From sequence record OQ992561.1: a stretch of 64,000 nt of DNA. One strand, 5' to 3'. This document shows positions 15,810 through 33,309 of this stretch, piece by piece. Position numbers and translations under genes: made by a program. Under the pieces are notes generated by a model that was given only the letters and a program-made list of their open reading frames with translations, had not been told where the DNA came from and made no database searches. Each line of letters begins with the position of its first letter. The stretch's first letter is position 1.

Positions 15810-17975
15810 ATGAACTATGCACAGTACAATCTACCTGTCGATTTTGAGAGTGTAGATACCAGTACTTTCGATCCTAACCTACCTAATGGGAATTATCTGT
15901 TTAGCCTACCGCTACAGTTATCACCACATCAACAACATCCTCAACTACAACCATATTTCAATGGTGTAATTGGGTTGTTCCGGCTGAATGCTCAAAATGC
16001 TGCTACTACCACCCAGCTTCATGCATTTGCGTATAATCTGCTATCTAGTAATGGTTTTCAGAATAACTATTATCAGCAGTGGGCTCAGAAAGTTATTGAC
16101 TTTCTAGAGTTTCTATTTATTCATCGTCAAATGGTGAATAACCCACAGCAGGCAATGCAGCAAGCTGCATCTCTAGTATGGTCTGGTTTTGTTGGTAAAT
16201 GTGCTCAAACCTTCCCGCAGCTACAAAGTCTAGTTCAACATCTAATGCCGAATATCCAACAGGCACTTGGTGTAATCGGGCAGATTGAATCAGATATCCA
16301 AAAGATGCGTATGGGTGGTAACACCATGATGCAGGGTGGATATCAACAACCTGGTGTACAGCCTGGAAGTTTCCCTGGGATGGGTGCAGCAATGGGTCGT
16401 CCTGGCATGAGTTCACAACTACCTCCAATTAACGCAGGTATCCAACAGACCTATGGTCAACCGGCTACCATGGCTAATCCGCAGCTGAACATTCCAGGGG
16501 CATATACACCAACAACTAATCATGACACTGGTCCATCAATTGCAAATGCCGCATATGACGTACCTGGTTCTTCTCCTTTCCTGGAAAATAAACCAGTCAT
16601 GCAACCTAAAGACTCTTGGGGTGCAACTGTTGAAGTATCTCCAAATAGCAGTTATGATACAATCCCTGGTGGAGGCAATGTAATGATTCTACCTGAACTA
16701 CAACAAAATGCAAATACTGTAACTAATGATAATACGGATCTACCCATCCCTCAAGATGTGAAAGAACTCGTATTCGATCCGAACTATTATGTACCCAATG
16801 GATTTGTAATTAATAAAGATCGTCCGATGGATGTTATCTATAATCCAGGTGGCATTGAAATCCGACCTGCTCATCTAGTTGCAGATAAACCTGATTGGGT
16901 ACGTACTGCTAGTTCAGCTAATCCATACAGCATCCTAATGGATCCGGCAGTATATTGTCGCTTCCTTGCTAAATGGCCTGATAACACTGTACATGAAGTA
17001 TATCGTAAGTGGGAGAATCACATGGAAATGGATTATCTAAAGCATGAGCTTCAAGATGATCTCCGTCGTCAAGCACATCGTGGTGGTGGTGCGCGTACTG
17101 CAACCAGTTATAAGCTATCTACCATTATGGGTGATGCCAAACCGGTTAAAGAAGTAGCCGAAGAGTTTTCACCAAATGATGCTGGGTTAACTGATAATCG
17201 TGAACATGATCCAGTTATCCTAGAAGGTTATATTGCTTGTGCAAATAATCTTGAAGCAGAAGCTGGTGCACTCAATGCAGTTCGTGAAGCACTTGAGCTA
17301 AGCGAAGATGATGTAGTTCCAGCACATGAGTATCGCGCAGCATCATCCCATCCATTTGATGCTTCAACTGAAGTCATGTATGAGATCGAGGATATTCGAA
17401 AAGAACCCGATCCGCATCTAATTGCAAAGCGCCTTAAGCAACTAATGCTAGATGGTAAGCTGGCTCAACGCTACTATCGGTTCCTAGTTGAAAGGCTCAC
17501 CAGTGCAGTTAATGAGTTCCTGGCTGATTCAATGAGTCAGAAGGTAACCATTGATGACTTCTGTGAAGATATCGGTGACCTTATCGCATATCTGATCGGT
17601 AAGAAGGGTAAGTCAGTAGCTGATAAATTTACCGCTAGTATTCCGTTTATTGTTGGACGGAGTATGTGTGTTAATATTGATCCAGAAGAAGGTAATTCTA
17701 TTCTAGATCTATCAGTGCGTTTCCAAACTGGCTGGCGCCTTGAGGAACTATCCTGCCTAAATATTTATACCGAGAAAGCAGTGCTTATCAGTAAACTTAC
17801 TGAACCTAAGATTACTCAAGTAATCATGGGAATGGCAAAGCGTCTAAATAGCTCTAAAGATTCAGATGATGCACGTACCCACAAAATGTACATTATCACT
17901 GCTGATGGATCTTATCTACAAGTTATTCGTGGCGCTCTTGTTGATAATGCTGTTCTACTTAAGCTTATCAAATAA
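15810..17975 (+). CDS. Large hypothetical protein with Q/P/G/M-rich low-complexity linker
   Basis: 721 aa, biased codons; gp124 by counting. Confidence 0.85.
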   Translation: MNYAQYNLPVDFESVDTSTFDPNLPNGNYLFSLPLQLSPHQQHPQLQPYFNGVIGLFRLNAQNAATTTQLHAFAYNLLSSNGFQNNYYQQWAQKVIDFLEFLFIHRQMVNNPQQAMQQAASLVWSGFVGKCAQTFPQLQSLVQHLMPNIQQALGVIGQIESDIQKMRMGGNTMMQGGYQQPGVQPGSFPGMGAAMGRPGMSSQLPPINAGIQQTYGQPATMANPQLNIPGAYTPTTNHDTGPSIANAAYDVPGSSPFLENKPVMQPKDSWGATVEVSPNSSYDTIPGGGNVMILPELQQNANTVTNDNTDLPIPQDVKELVFDPNYYVPNGFVINKDRPMDVIYNPGGIEIRPAHLVADKPDWVRTASSANPYSILMDPAVYCRFLAKWPDNTVHEVYRKWENHMEMDYLKHELQDDLRRQAHRGGGARTATSYKLSTIMGDAKPVKEVAEEFSPNDAGLTDNREHDPVILEGYIACANNLEAEAGALNAVREALELSEDDVVPAHEYRAASSHPFDASTEVMYEIEDIRKEPDPHLIAKRLKQLMLDGKLAQRYYRFLVERLTSAVNEFLADSMSQKVTIDDFCEDIGDLIAYLIGKKGKSVADKFTASIPFIVGRSMCVNIDPEEGNSILDLSVRFQTGWRLEELSCLNIYTEKAVLISKLTEPKITQVIMGMAKRLNSSKDSDDARTHKMYIITADGSYLQVIRGALVDNAVLLKLIK

Positions 17976-17981
17976 GCATGA

Positions 17982-18003
17982 AAGCCCCTCCGAAGAGGGG
18001 CTT
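17982..18003 (+). terminator. Intrinsic terminator
   Basis: AAGCCCCTC-CGAA-GAGGGGCTT then ATTTAT. Confidence 0.85.
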
Positions 18004-18055
18004 ATTTATGAGTAATGTATAGTTTAATCAAATATTGTAAAAAAGGAGTAATACA

Positions 18056-18688
18056 ATGCTAGCTAAAATGAATAAATTCTTTAAAGAATTACTAAACAAA
18101 AATACGGTGAATATGGCAGGACTATTCGATGATGTGGTATTGATGAATAGTTATAGTAACTATAAACCAGATTTTAATGACACTGTAGAAGTAAATACAA
18201 AATGTGATCTACCGGCAAATGGTAAAGTTCTAGTTCTATATGTCGTTCAAGATACAATGGATATGTATATTTGGGATGGCCAACAATATCTTTCTTATAA
18301 TCCATATTCCACTGAGCAATTAGCACCAATGATTGATGACCCATCAGCATTTATTCCATCAACCAAAGCTAATACTTCTCTAAAAGTAACTTATGGTATC
18401 TGGGCGCTTAAGAAAGATCTAGAAACTATCCAGAAGTATTCAATTGGAATGCACACTCTTCTTGATAAACATTCACTAGCACGAGTTAATGATAAGAATC
18501 CTATTAATAAGGTATTCTTCGAAACATGTCATAAAGCCCTATATACTGCACTTCGTGAATCATACAAAAACAATATGGTTAAACCACAAATCGCAGATGC
18601 AGTTACCAAGGAAGGATGTTGGTTTGGGCGAGATCATCGATCTAATAAACTGTCATTTAAATGCGGTGAATTTAAGGTTGAATGGTAA
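18056..18688 (+). CDS. Hypothetical protein
   Basis: 210 aa, AAGGAG RBS. Confidence 0.8.
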   Translation: MLAKMNKFFKELLNKNTVNMAGLFDDVVLMNSYSNYKPDFNDTVEVNTKCDLPANGKVLVLYVVQDTMDMYIWDGQQYLSYNPYSTEQLAPMIDDPSAFIPSTKANTSLKVTYGIWALKKDLETIQKYSIGMHTLLDKHSLARVNDKNPINKVFFETCHKALYTALRESYKNNMVKPQIADAVTKEGCWFGRDHRSNKLSFKCGEFKVEW

Positions 18689-18708
18689 TAATTAAGTAAT
18701 GGCATAAA

Positions 18709-18730
18709 CCCCTCTCCGCATGGAGAGGGG
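18709..18730. terminator. Bidirectional terminator between convergent genes
   Basis: CCCCTCTCC-GCAT-GGAGAGGGG with CATAA/CTATG flanks and T-tract. Confidence 0.8.
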
Positions 18731-18752
18731 CTATGTCTTTATTTTTTTTTAT

Positions 18753-19196
18753 TTAACTACTTTCAAATTCAAGAGTTACTGGTATTGTTGGTATCCACGA
18801 CAAGTTATTAAAGTATGGATGTATCGTAACCGTATTCCCAGTAATAGGTTGCGGTTGTATCTCATCTATAATAAATGGAATACCGTAAACATCTCTTAAT
18901 TTTTCAGCTACTTCTAAATTATCAGTATAGTCAGTTGGTTTACCCGGTACTTTTATACCAAGACAGTACTCTGGTAAAGAGCGTCTATTAAAGTAAATAA
19001 CTGTCTCACCTTTAAAATAAAGTGAACTGGTCTTCGCTCTCATTGTTGTTTTGGCATTTGTACCAGTTGCTAAGAATGTATCAGTCCCTATAAATTCAAC
19101 ATCATCAACAGTTAAATCCCTAGGCTTACCATTATTATCTTTAGGTTTATTAGCCACATTCCAAGCAGCTACTAATTCAGCTCTTGTATCAGCCAT
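18753..19196 (-). CDS. Virion structural protein (paralogue family with YxR[RL] motif)
   Basis: 147 aa; IYFNRRSL motif; gp126 by counting. Confidence 0.7.
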   Translation of the reverse strand: MADTRAELVAAWNVANKPKDNNGKPRDLTVDDVEFIGTDTFLATGTNAKTTMRAKTSSLYFKGETVIYFNRRSLPEYCLGIKVPGKPTDYTDNLEVAEKLRDVYGIPFIIDEIQPQPITGNTVTIHPYFNNLSWIPTIPVTLEFESS

Positions 19197-19204
19197 TACA
19201 CACC

Positions 19205-20080
<876 letters not shown>

Positions 20081-20087
20081 TCGCTCC

Positions 20088-22268
<2,181 letters not shown>

Positions 22269-22288
22269 TTACTCACTTTAAAATTTAG

Positions 22289-24979
<2,691 letters not shown>

Positions 24980-24999
24980 TAATTTCTAAACAACATAAT

Positions 25000-25020
25000 G
25001 CCCTCCCGTAATGGGAGGGC
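25000..25020. terminator. Bidirectional terminator
   Basis: GCCCTCCC-GTAAT-GGGAGGGC with CATAA/TTATG flanks between convergent genes. Confidence 0.85.
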
Positions 25021-25028
25021 TTATGACG

Positions 25029-26312
<1,284 letters not shown>

Positions 26313-26409
26313 CTATTAGTCTCCATGGAATGATTGGACAATCCTATGTGAATTTCACATCATTACGCTAACAAATTGCGCAATAGCGTTTTATTAAAGG
26401 AGGGCAACC

Positions 26410-28725
26410 ATGGCCCACGGTGAAACTGGGTTATATCCATTCGACCCCAATGGAACAAATCCCCAGAACTTTATTAAAGGTGAGCGCCAAACTCTCCAGG
26501 TACCAGATGGTGATGATTATTATTTCATTATACCATTTGCTGCACCTTTCTTTGTAGATTCATTACGACTATTTAACCCACTGACCAATCAGACTTATGT
26601 AGAAGGTGTTGATTACCTTATTGGGCATTGGTTTATTGAAGCTATGGAATCGATAGGTAGACCTATCGCTGGATCTATACGTATCATGAAGCGTTCGATA
26701 AACGCTATGATTGGTATGGATTATCGTACAATAGGTGGGCAATGGGGATTTAGTAATCAACAGATCCTGGCTGAGCTTGCACGCAAACAGTATAACCCCT
26801 TGATTCGGTCATGGGGTGCAATTGGTCCATTACCTGCTTCTTTCCCACCTTTAGAACACAATCAACCTATTGATTCATTAGTAGGTAGTAAAGAGATTCT
26901 TGAAGGTATCGAAGGTATTATAGAAGCTATCCGTGCTGCGGCTGCCGGTACAACTGACCAACATATTCGTGATTATAATAACCCACACAGGGTAACTAAA
27001 GCACAAGTTGGCTTGGCACTAGTTCCAAACTATGCGATGGCAACTGATCAACAGCATTTAGATGCTAATCGTAATGATCTATTTACGAACCCACGTGGTA
27101 CATTAGCATTAGTCAATAAGTTTGCCGTAAATCCACTTAATGCTCACATAGCGGCTAGGGGTAACGTACACGGTCTAACAGCAGCTGATATTAATTTAGG
27201 TAATGTTCCTAACTATCCAGCTGCAACACCAACTACCGCGGTAGATGTAACTAATGATTCGGTATTATTAACACCTTATACTGCATCTATTCTCTATAGT
27301 CAGATTGGTGATGCTTCTAGAATTAATGAACTAGAAGAGAAACTTGCATCACATATTAAAAACTTTAATAACCCACACGTTGTAACTGCCGACCAGGTTA
27401 ATGCATATACTAAAACACAAGTTGATCAACTACTGGCGGGACTAGGTGGTGGTGATGCTTCTACCTTTGGTGGATTAACACCTGAGCAATGGAAAGATGA
27501 ATTCCCATCATTCGGTGATATTGAAAGGATGGCAGCCGGCTATAACGCTAACTGGGATGATGCACAATTAAAGATAGATACATTGCCAGTTATTGTAGAT
27601 GATACCAGTGAATATGACCGAATGGAATTAATTCAAGGTGTCATGGCAGGTTTCCATGCTTATGCTGGATTTAATAGTTGGTGGGATTGTACAATTGTCA
27701 GAGATGACCATATAGTTCATCCTAAATCGCCAGCTAACCCTTATGTAGTTATGCCAGAGCGCTTAGGCTATGCTCAGGAATCTTGGGTATCTCACCGATA
27801 TGGTCAGTATTGGGTAGAAAATGGTGTAGCCAAGTCAGCATGTATCGATGAAACTAAAGTCGATGAGATGATACCAATTCCAGCAGAATGGACTGCACCT
27901 ATAGATGGGAATATCCCTTCAAGTATCTGGGCAAATAAAACATCTCTGTATATGTTAACAGGTAAGTTTATCTTTAGTTCAACAGGTGAATCAGCTATCT
28001 TTGAGCACCAAGATCTTTATCGCTGTGTTAAAGGTGGTGCATCTGAACTATTAGTACCTGCTGCTAATAAACCATGGGCTTTATTTACCAATACTGAAGA
28101 TACCTATCCTGGTGAAATGACAGTTGTTGTAAACATAGGTCCAGCTAGCAGTGCTGACTATGTATATACAGCTTATGGTATCCCAAGCTTCGTTAGTGCT
28201 TTTAATGATTTTGTTAACAACACAATTAAACCATTGAATCATGTTATTGATTCAATGTCAATTGGTTGCACCCACATCATCATGCATTCAATAGACCCAT
28301 TAGTTGCCTCTGAAGATTACACATCTGAATCTAGTAAAGTACATGTCATGGAAATCATCCGCAATGGTAATGATACATCCTTTACGGTTATCTCGCCATT
28401 ATGGTTCGATGGACGTGGTAACGATGTAACTGCTAATGTATATAGTAACCCAATTGGTGGTGTATCAGGATTATATACACATTACACTGTGATGTATGGT
28501 GATGGCCAAATCGCTTTCTTCGGAAATAACGATAATGGACAATGTGACGTGGATGATCATGCTGGACCATATATTCAATTGGCAGCAGGGCATAATTTCA
28601 CTGTGACAGTAAATACTTTGAATCAAGTCATGTTTTGGGGAGATTCACCTGATAACTCCTTATTATGGAATGGCAGGGGTACACGTGTGAAACATATTGA
28701 ACCAACTCCACCCACTGGTCCATAA
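26410..28725 (+). CDS. gp131: Baseplate/tail-fibre protein with C-terminal beta-propeller
   Basis: 771 aa; HxxxxxNPHxVTxxQVGL repeats; C-terminal RCC1-like GNNDNGQ...AAGHNFT...FWGD. Confidence 0.85.
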   Translation: MAHGETGLYPFDPNGTNPQNFIKGERQTLQVPDGDDYYFIIPFAAPFFVDSLRLFNPLTNQTYVEGVDYLIGHWFIEAMESIGRPIAGSIRIMKRSINAMIGMDYRTIGGQWGFSNQQILAELARKQYNPLIRSWGAIGPLPASFPPLEHNQPIDSLVGSKEILEGIEGIIEAIRAAAAGTTDQHIRDYNNPHRVTKAQVGLALVPNYAMATDQQHLDANRNDLFTNPRGTLALVNKFAVNPLNAHIAARGNVHGLTAADINLGNVPNYPAATPTTAVDVTNDSVLLTPYTASILYSQIGDASRINELEEKLASHIKNFNNPHVVTADQVNAYTKTQVDQLLAGLGGGDASTFGGLTPEQWKDEFPSFGDIERMAAGYNANWDDAQLKIDTLPVIVDDTSEYDRMELIQGVMAGFHAYAGFNSWWDCTIVRDDHIVHPKSPANPYVVMPERLGYAQESWVSHRYGQYWVENGVAKSACIDETKVDEMIPIPAEWTAPIDGNIPSSIWANKTSLYMLTGKFIFSSTGESAIFEHQDLYRCVKGGASELLVPAANKPWALFTNTEDTYPGEMTVVVNIGPASSADYVYTAYGIPSFVSAFNDFVNNTIKPLNHVIDSMSIGCTHIIMHSIDPLVASEDYTSESSKVHVMEIIRNGNDTSFTVISPLWFDGRGNDVTANVYSNPIGGVSGLYTHYTVMYGDGQIAFFGNNDNGQCDVDDHAGPYIQLAAGHNFTVTVNTLNQVMFWGDSPDNSLLWNGRGTRVKHIEPTPPTGP

Positions 28726-28737
28726 GAGGATTTAAAA

Positions 28738-29070
28738 ATGGCAGAAGTTACACGTCAAGAGATGGATGCTCAAATAAATGCTTCTATTAGTAATCAAGGC
28801 TTATTTACTAAGGCAGTCCTTAATAAATTCATAGCTGTTATTAATAGGATCAATGGGCACATTGCAGCTAGAGGTAACCCACATAATCTGCAACCATCAG
28901 ATATTGGTCTTGGTAATGTGGCTAACTATCGTCCAGCTACTAAGAAGCGTGCACAAGAAGGTTTCAATAACACTACGTACATGACTCCTAAACGGACAGA
29001 TGATTATAATCGAGTGCACATATACGGTCCACTTGCGAAATTATTTAATGACGCAGCAGACCGTCTATAA
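28738..29070 (+). CDS. Small tail-fibre-associated protein
   Basis: 110 aa with one HIAARGNPH..GLGNVAN repeat. Confidence 0.8.
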   Translation: MAEVTRQEMDAQINASISNQGLFTKAVLNKFIAVINRINGHIAARGNPHNLQPSDIGLGNVANYRPATKKRAQEGFNNTTYMTPKRTDDYNRVHIYGPLAKLFNDAADRL

Positions 29071-29086
29071 ACATCTGACCCGGCAT

Positions 29087-29115
29087 AAGAGACACAGCTT
29101 TTGGCTGTGTCTCTT
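29087..29115 (+). terminator. Intrinsic terminator
   Basis: AAGAGACACAGC-TTTTG-GCTGTGTCTCTT plus T-tract. Confidence 0.85.
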
Positions 29116-29144
29116 TTTGCTGTTTCAGTTAAAAGGTATTTCTT

Positions 29145-30533
29145 ATGTATAATCCTATTTTACAATTACCATTTGATCCATTAGGTACAAATCCAGATTG
29201 TTTCATTGGTAGTGAACCACATACTCTAGTTCAGTATCAAGGGTTCGACTATAGAATCATCAAATTATATCATGGTGGATTCTATACAAAAGGGTTAGAA
29301 GTTTATGATGGTAAATATAATCGTTTAGTTAAAGATATCGATTACATTGTTACTTATTATCATAAAGATGCTAGTGCATATGTTGGTCAAGAAATATGCT
29401 CAGCAATTGTTTTCTTAAAAACACCTAGTACACCAATAGTGTATACTTCAGCTCACATGGTTGGTGGTGACCTAGCTTTTAGTTTCACAGTTATTGATGA
29501 TTATATTAACTGGTGGAAAACAAATGGTAAACCAAAGCCAAAAGACCTTGACTACACTGGTAATGAACCATACTGGAAAGATGGTGAGTTAGTTGGTGAA
29601 CGATGGCATCTTGATACATATCAGCCTTACAATAATGAGATGGAGTGGATAACACAAGCACTCATGGCTGGCGATACAAATGGTGAAGATAAATATCGTA
29701 GTAAAGTTAAAGAGATCTATGATGAATTCTTAAAGAAATTTAATGATAGGCTAGAAAAACATATTCAAGATAAAGCCAATCCGCACAAGATCACTCCAAC
29801 TAATGTAGAACTAGGTTTAGTTAATAACTTCCCATTGGCTACTCCAGCCATTGCTCAGCTAGGTCAATCTAATGCGCATTATCTGACACCACAATTAGCA
29901 TATGGTGTATTAGATGAAATAGCTATAAAACCACTCAATGCTCACATAGCTCGTCGAGATAATCCACATAAAGTCAAAAATACACATGTACAGTCATATT
30001 TGAAAAGTGATTTCGATACACGGGTCACTGGTAAGTATTTAAAGACTGATACGGTGGCTAATACCAATATGGTTTATTATAAACCTAAAGGGCAACCTAC
30101 TGCTACTTTAATGGGTTATAGCGATCTTATTTGGTGGATGCGCAAGAACTTTGATACCGATGTGAACTTTACAGCTGGTGATGGCCAGAGTAATGTCATC
30201 AATATAAATCGGATTGGTTCTGGTACAATGGGGCAATGGAAAGCACCGCTCCGTGGGAATGGTATATTTACACATTTTGATCAATTAGCCACAGAGTATT
30301 CATTTCCGGTTAAGTTAAAGTTTTATGCACTAGGATTACAACCATCCGTGCAGGCAGCATTAGATTTCTGTAGAACTAACTTTACTAATCTAGATACATG
30401 GCCTATTGGATCTACTGTATTCTTTACTATTAAAGAACAGAAAATCCAGGCAGCTGGTAACGGATTGATTTTCGTTGATTATACTCCTAACTACGTGTGT
30501 TTCCGTTCACAAGGTGGCTGGGTAATTCCATAA
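29145..30533 (+). CDS. Tail-fibre/baseplate paralogue
   Basis: 462 aa; LPFDP.G N-terminus and NPH repeats. Confidence 0.8.
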   Translation: MYNPILQLPFDPLGTNPDCFIGSEPHTLVQYQGFDYRIIKLYHGGFYTKGLEVYDGKYNRLVKDIDYIVTYYHKDASAYVGQEICSAIVFLKTPSTPIVYTSAHMVGGDLAFSFTVIDDYINWWKTNGKPKPKDLDYTGNEPYWKDGELVGERWHLDTYQPYNNEMEWITQALMAGDTNGEDKYRSKVKEIYDEFLKKFNDRLEKHIQDKANPHKITPTNVELGLVNNFPLATPAIAQLGQSNAHYLTPQLAYGVLDEIAIKPLNAHIARRDNPHKVKNTHVQSYLKSDFDTRVTGKYLKTDTVANTNMVYYKPKGQPTATLMGYSDLIWWMRKNFDTDVNFTAGDGQSNVININRIGSGTMGQWKAPLRGNGIFTHFDQLATEYSFPVKLKFYALGLQPSVQAALDFCRTNFTNLDTWPIGSTVFFTIKEQKIQAAGNGLIFVDYTPNYVCFRSQGGWVIP

Positions 30534-30544
30534 GGATAGTTTAG

Positions 30545-31918
30545 ATGAATCCATTACTTTTACCTCTTCCATTTGATGAAACTGGAGAGAGTTATAGTAA
30601 CCGAACAAAGGGTGAATACCATTCACTAGCAAAACAGAAAGGATTCCCCTATCGCATCATTGTGATGGATAAGGGTTACTTTTATACTAAAGGAATGGTT
30701 ATCAGAGATGGTAGGCAAAATGAGTTAAATCCAGAGATGGATTATCAGTGCACTGGTATTAATCCAGAGGTAATCGAGAAGACTGGACTTGAAGCTTGTT
30801 CAGTAATTGTCATTACAAAACAAGATGTCCACGAGGATATTTACATTGATGCTCAGATGTGCGGTGGTATATACTGTAACCTTGCGCCTTCCATTTCTGA
30901 ACATGCTAATGCTCTTTTAAATAATACCCGTAAACCACATTGGTCTAATATCTTAGATATTCCTGACCAATTCAAACCTAATGGACATATGCATGCCTAT
31001 TGGGAACTTTATGGTTTTACACCTAGAGTTGTTAAGTTAAAAGAAATAACTGACTTATTAAAGAAAAGCTCATCTGACTCATATGACTCCATTTTAGATG
31101 AGTTTAAATATCAATTAAGTCTAATAGAAGCTGATCTGAATACAATTGAAGCACGGCTTACTACACACATCAATGATACCACCACCAACCCACACCAAAC
31201 ACGTAAAGGGCAGGTGGCATTAGGTAATGTTTATAACGCTGGTATTGCAACTGAAACACAAGCCAAACAACCAAATGGCGCTATCATGAATGTCTATGCT
31301 ACGCCATGGTCAATGAAGTTATCTGTTGATACCAATTATACAGTACAGTATTTAGCCCACGTTAACGATATTACCACTAACCCACACAGGGTAACAGCTG
31401 AACAACTAAATACATATACTGTTACCCAAGCTAATATTTTACTAAATCAAAAATTAGATAAAGGTAAAACAGCTAATACATCTAAACTATTATTTGGTCA
31501 AGATGTTTATAGCATGGGTGAAACGGTACGTGCTAAAATGCCTTTAAGTGTATTGACGACTGGTCGGCTAGCACCTGGCCGGATCGGTAACTCAGCGACT
31601 TGGCCAGGTCGTGATTGGACATTAATGCCTAATGGCCAATGGACACACTTTGGATTTATATTCAATCGCTTCCAGAAAACAGGGACGATGGTTCACTGGA
31701 ACAATACTAACTTCAAGTCTATCCAAGAAGCAATTGCTTTCCATAACACATACTTCTCAGATCCTGACCAATGGTGGCCTGGTTCACTAGCTATCTGCCA
31801 TTACGAGCAAGAGTTCGTTATTGGGCATGGTAATGGTACAACAGCTACTTCCTATAGGAATACTTTATTCTTACGTAAAGTGGGATCAACGTGGACCAAT
31901 ATAGGGGAACCGGCATAA
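30545..31918 (+). CDS. Tail-fibre/baseplate paralogue
   Basis: 457 aa; LPFDETG N-terminus and NPH repeats. Confidence 0.8.
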   Translation: MNPLLLPLPFDETGESYSNRTKGEYHSLAKQKGFPYRIIVMDKGYFYTKGMVIRDGRQNELNPEMDYQCTGINPEVIEKTGLEACSVIVITKQDVHEDIYIDAQMCGGIYCNLAPSISEHANALLNNTRKPHWSNILDIPDQFKPNGHMHAYWELYGFTPRVVKLKEITDLLKKSSSDSYDSILDEFKYQLSLIEADLNTIEARLTTHINDTTTNPHQTRKGQVALGNVYNAGIATETQAKQPNGAIMNVYATPWSMKLSVDTNYTVQYLAHVNDITTNPHRVTAEQLNTYTVTQANILLNQKLDKGKTANTSKLLFGQDVYSMGETVRAKMPLSVLTTGRLAPGRIGNSATWPGRDWTLMPNGQWTHFGFIFNRFQKTGTMVHWNNTNFKSIQEAIAFHNTYFSDPDQWWPGSLAICHYEQEFVIGHGNGTTATSYRNTLFLRKVGSTWTNIGEPA

Positions 31919-33309
31919 TGATTACTTTTTTACCATTAGATCTAAAAGCTAAATTGGCTTCTAATTACATTGTAGATGAGGAACACACACTCATTCAAGT
32001 TGCTAATAAAACACACCGTGTACTGATGTGTACACATGGTGGTTTCTATACAAAGGACTTTAATCTACGTGATAAGAAGACTGGTTTATCTTTAAACAAA
32101 GATCAATATAAAACAACCTACCTTTATTCACAGTTATCTGAAATGACTGGTTTAGAAGTAATGGGTATTGTTGTAGTAACTGATCCTAAAGTTAGTCCTA
32201 ATGTCCAAGTTACATATAGAGCAGTTGGTGGTTTCTTTAGTATTTCAGCATTAGAACTTAAAGCTGTTTTTGATAAACTTGAATTAGATGAATTAAGTTT
32301 CACCTGGGATGATATTATTGGTAAACCCGATGCATATCCACCTGCACCTCATGGCCATGAATATTGGCAGATTTATGGCACAGATACAATGGTAACCGAA
32401 TTAAACCGAATAGCACATGCTTATCGGGTCGGTAGAAGTGCTATGGATAATGCTGCTGATGATTATTATAAAGTTTATCTTGCTGATGCAAAAACTGCTG
32501 TAGATGATTATAGAGATCGGGTTACAGCACACTTAACTGATTATAATAATCCACATGCCGATGATCGGTTCAAGTTAATTCCACCGCTTGATAAGATATC
32601 TAACTGGGGTTTTGCTACTGAAGCTGAGTCAGTTAATAGAAATATAAATAATAAATACATGCCAATTGGTGGTATTTATCGTATTCTTAATATTGATACA
32701 TTGGCTAAACTTGCATCACATATTAAAAACTTTAATAACCCACATGTTGTCACAGCTGACCAAGTTGGATCATATACCAAACCAGTAATGGATTCTAAAA
32801 TATCTCCATTGTTAGGTATCAATGAACAAGCAGCTAATGCAACTACTATTGGTGCTACTACCAATAGTCAGGGTTATCCAGTTGCTGGAACAGGTAAGGT
32901 ATATCAGAATTTCTGGAATGATGTTCGAAAAGATATTCCAGCTGAAGAGGTAACTAGCGGTGTATTTAAATGGGGTGCATTAGGTAAAGGTAATGCATCA
33001 ATATTAAATGATCCTGAAAGATATTATCTCGCAAGCGATGGTACTTGGCAAGACTGGGTTGAAGCTTTTAAAGAGTGGAACAAAGATAAGATTAAAGCTA
33101 TTACCTTAGGCCAGGTAAATAGTGAAGCAGAAGCATTAAACACGTTAAATACGATGTTTACCGATAATACCAAATATCCTGAAGGCACTTACGCTGTTGT
33201 AGGTGTTAGAACCAATACCCCCTTTGAAGCCTATTATTACCAGCAATATGTAGCAATTAGAAATAATGGTACATGGCGTTGGATGATTCGAGCTGGAGCA
33301 CTTGTATAA
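31918..33309 (+). CDS. Tail-fibre/baseplate paralogue
   Basis: Start moved to ATG 31918 (TAATG coupling); NPH repeats. Confidence 0.8.
   Translation: MITFLPLDLKAKLASNYIVDEEHTLIQVANKTHRVLMCTHGGFYTKDFNLRDKKTGLSLNKDQYKTTYLYSQLSEMTGLEVMGIVVVTDPKVSPNVQVTYRAVGGFFSISALELKAVFDKLELDELSFTWDDIIGKPDAYPPAPHGHEYWQIYGTDTMVTELNRIAHAYRVGRSAMDNAADDYYKVYLADAKTAVDDYRDRVTAHLTDYNNPHADDRFKLIPPLDKISNWGFATEAESVNRNINNKYMPIGGIYRILNIDTLAKLASHIKNFNNPHVVTADQVGSYTKPVMDSKISPLLGINEQAANATTIGATTNSQGYPVAGTGKVYQNFWNDVRKDIPAEEVTSGVFKWGALGKGNASILNDPERYYLASDGTWQDWVEAFKEWNKDKIKAITLGQVNSEAEALNTLNTMFTDNTKYPEGTYAVVGVRTNTPFEAYYYQQYVAIRNNGTWRWMIRAGALV

Noticed and set aside
27340-32744. Diversity-generating retroelement TR/VR pair
   Set aside because: Repeat is short and perfect, with no adenine-specific mismatches and no reverse transcriptase in the window
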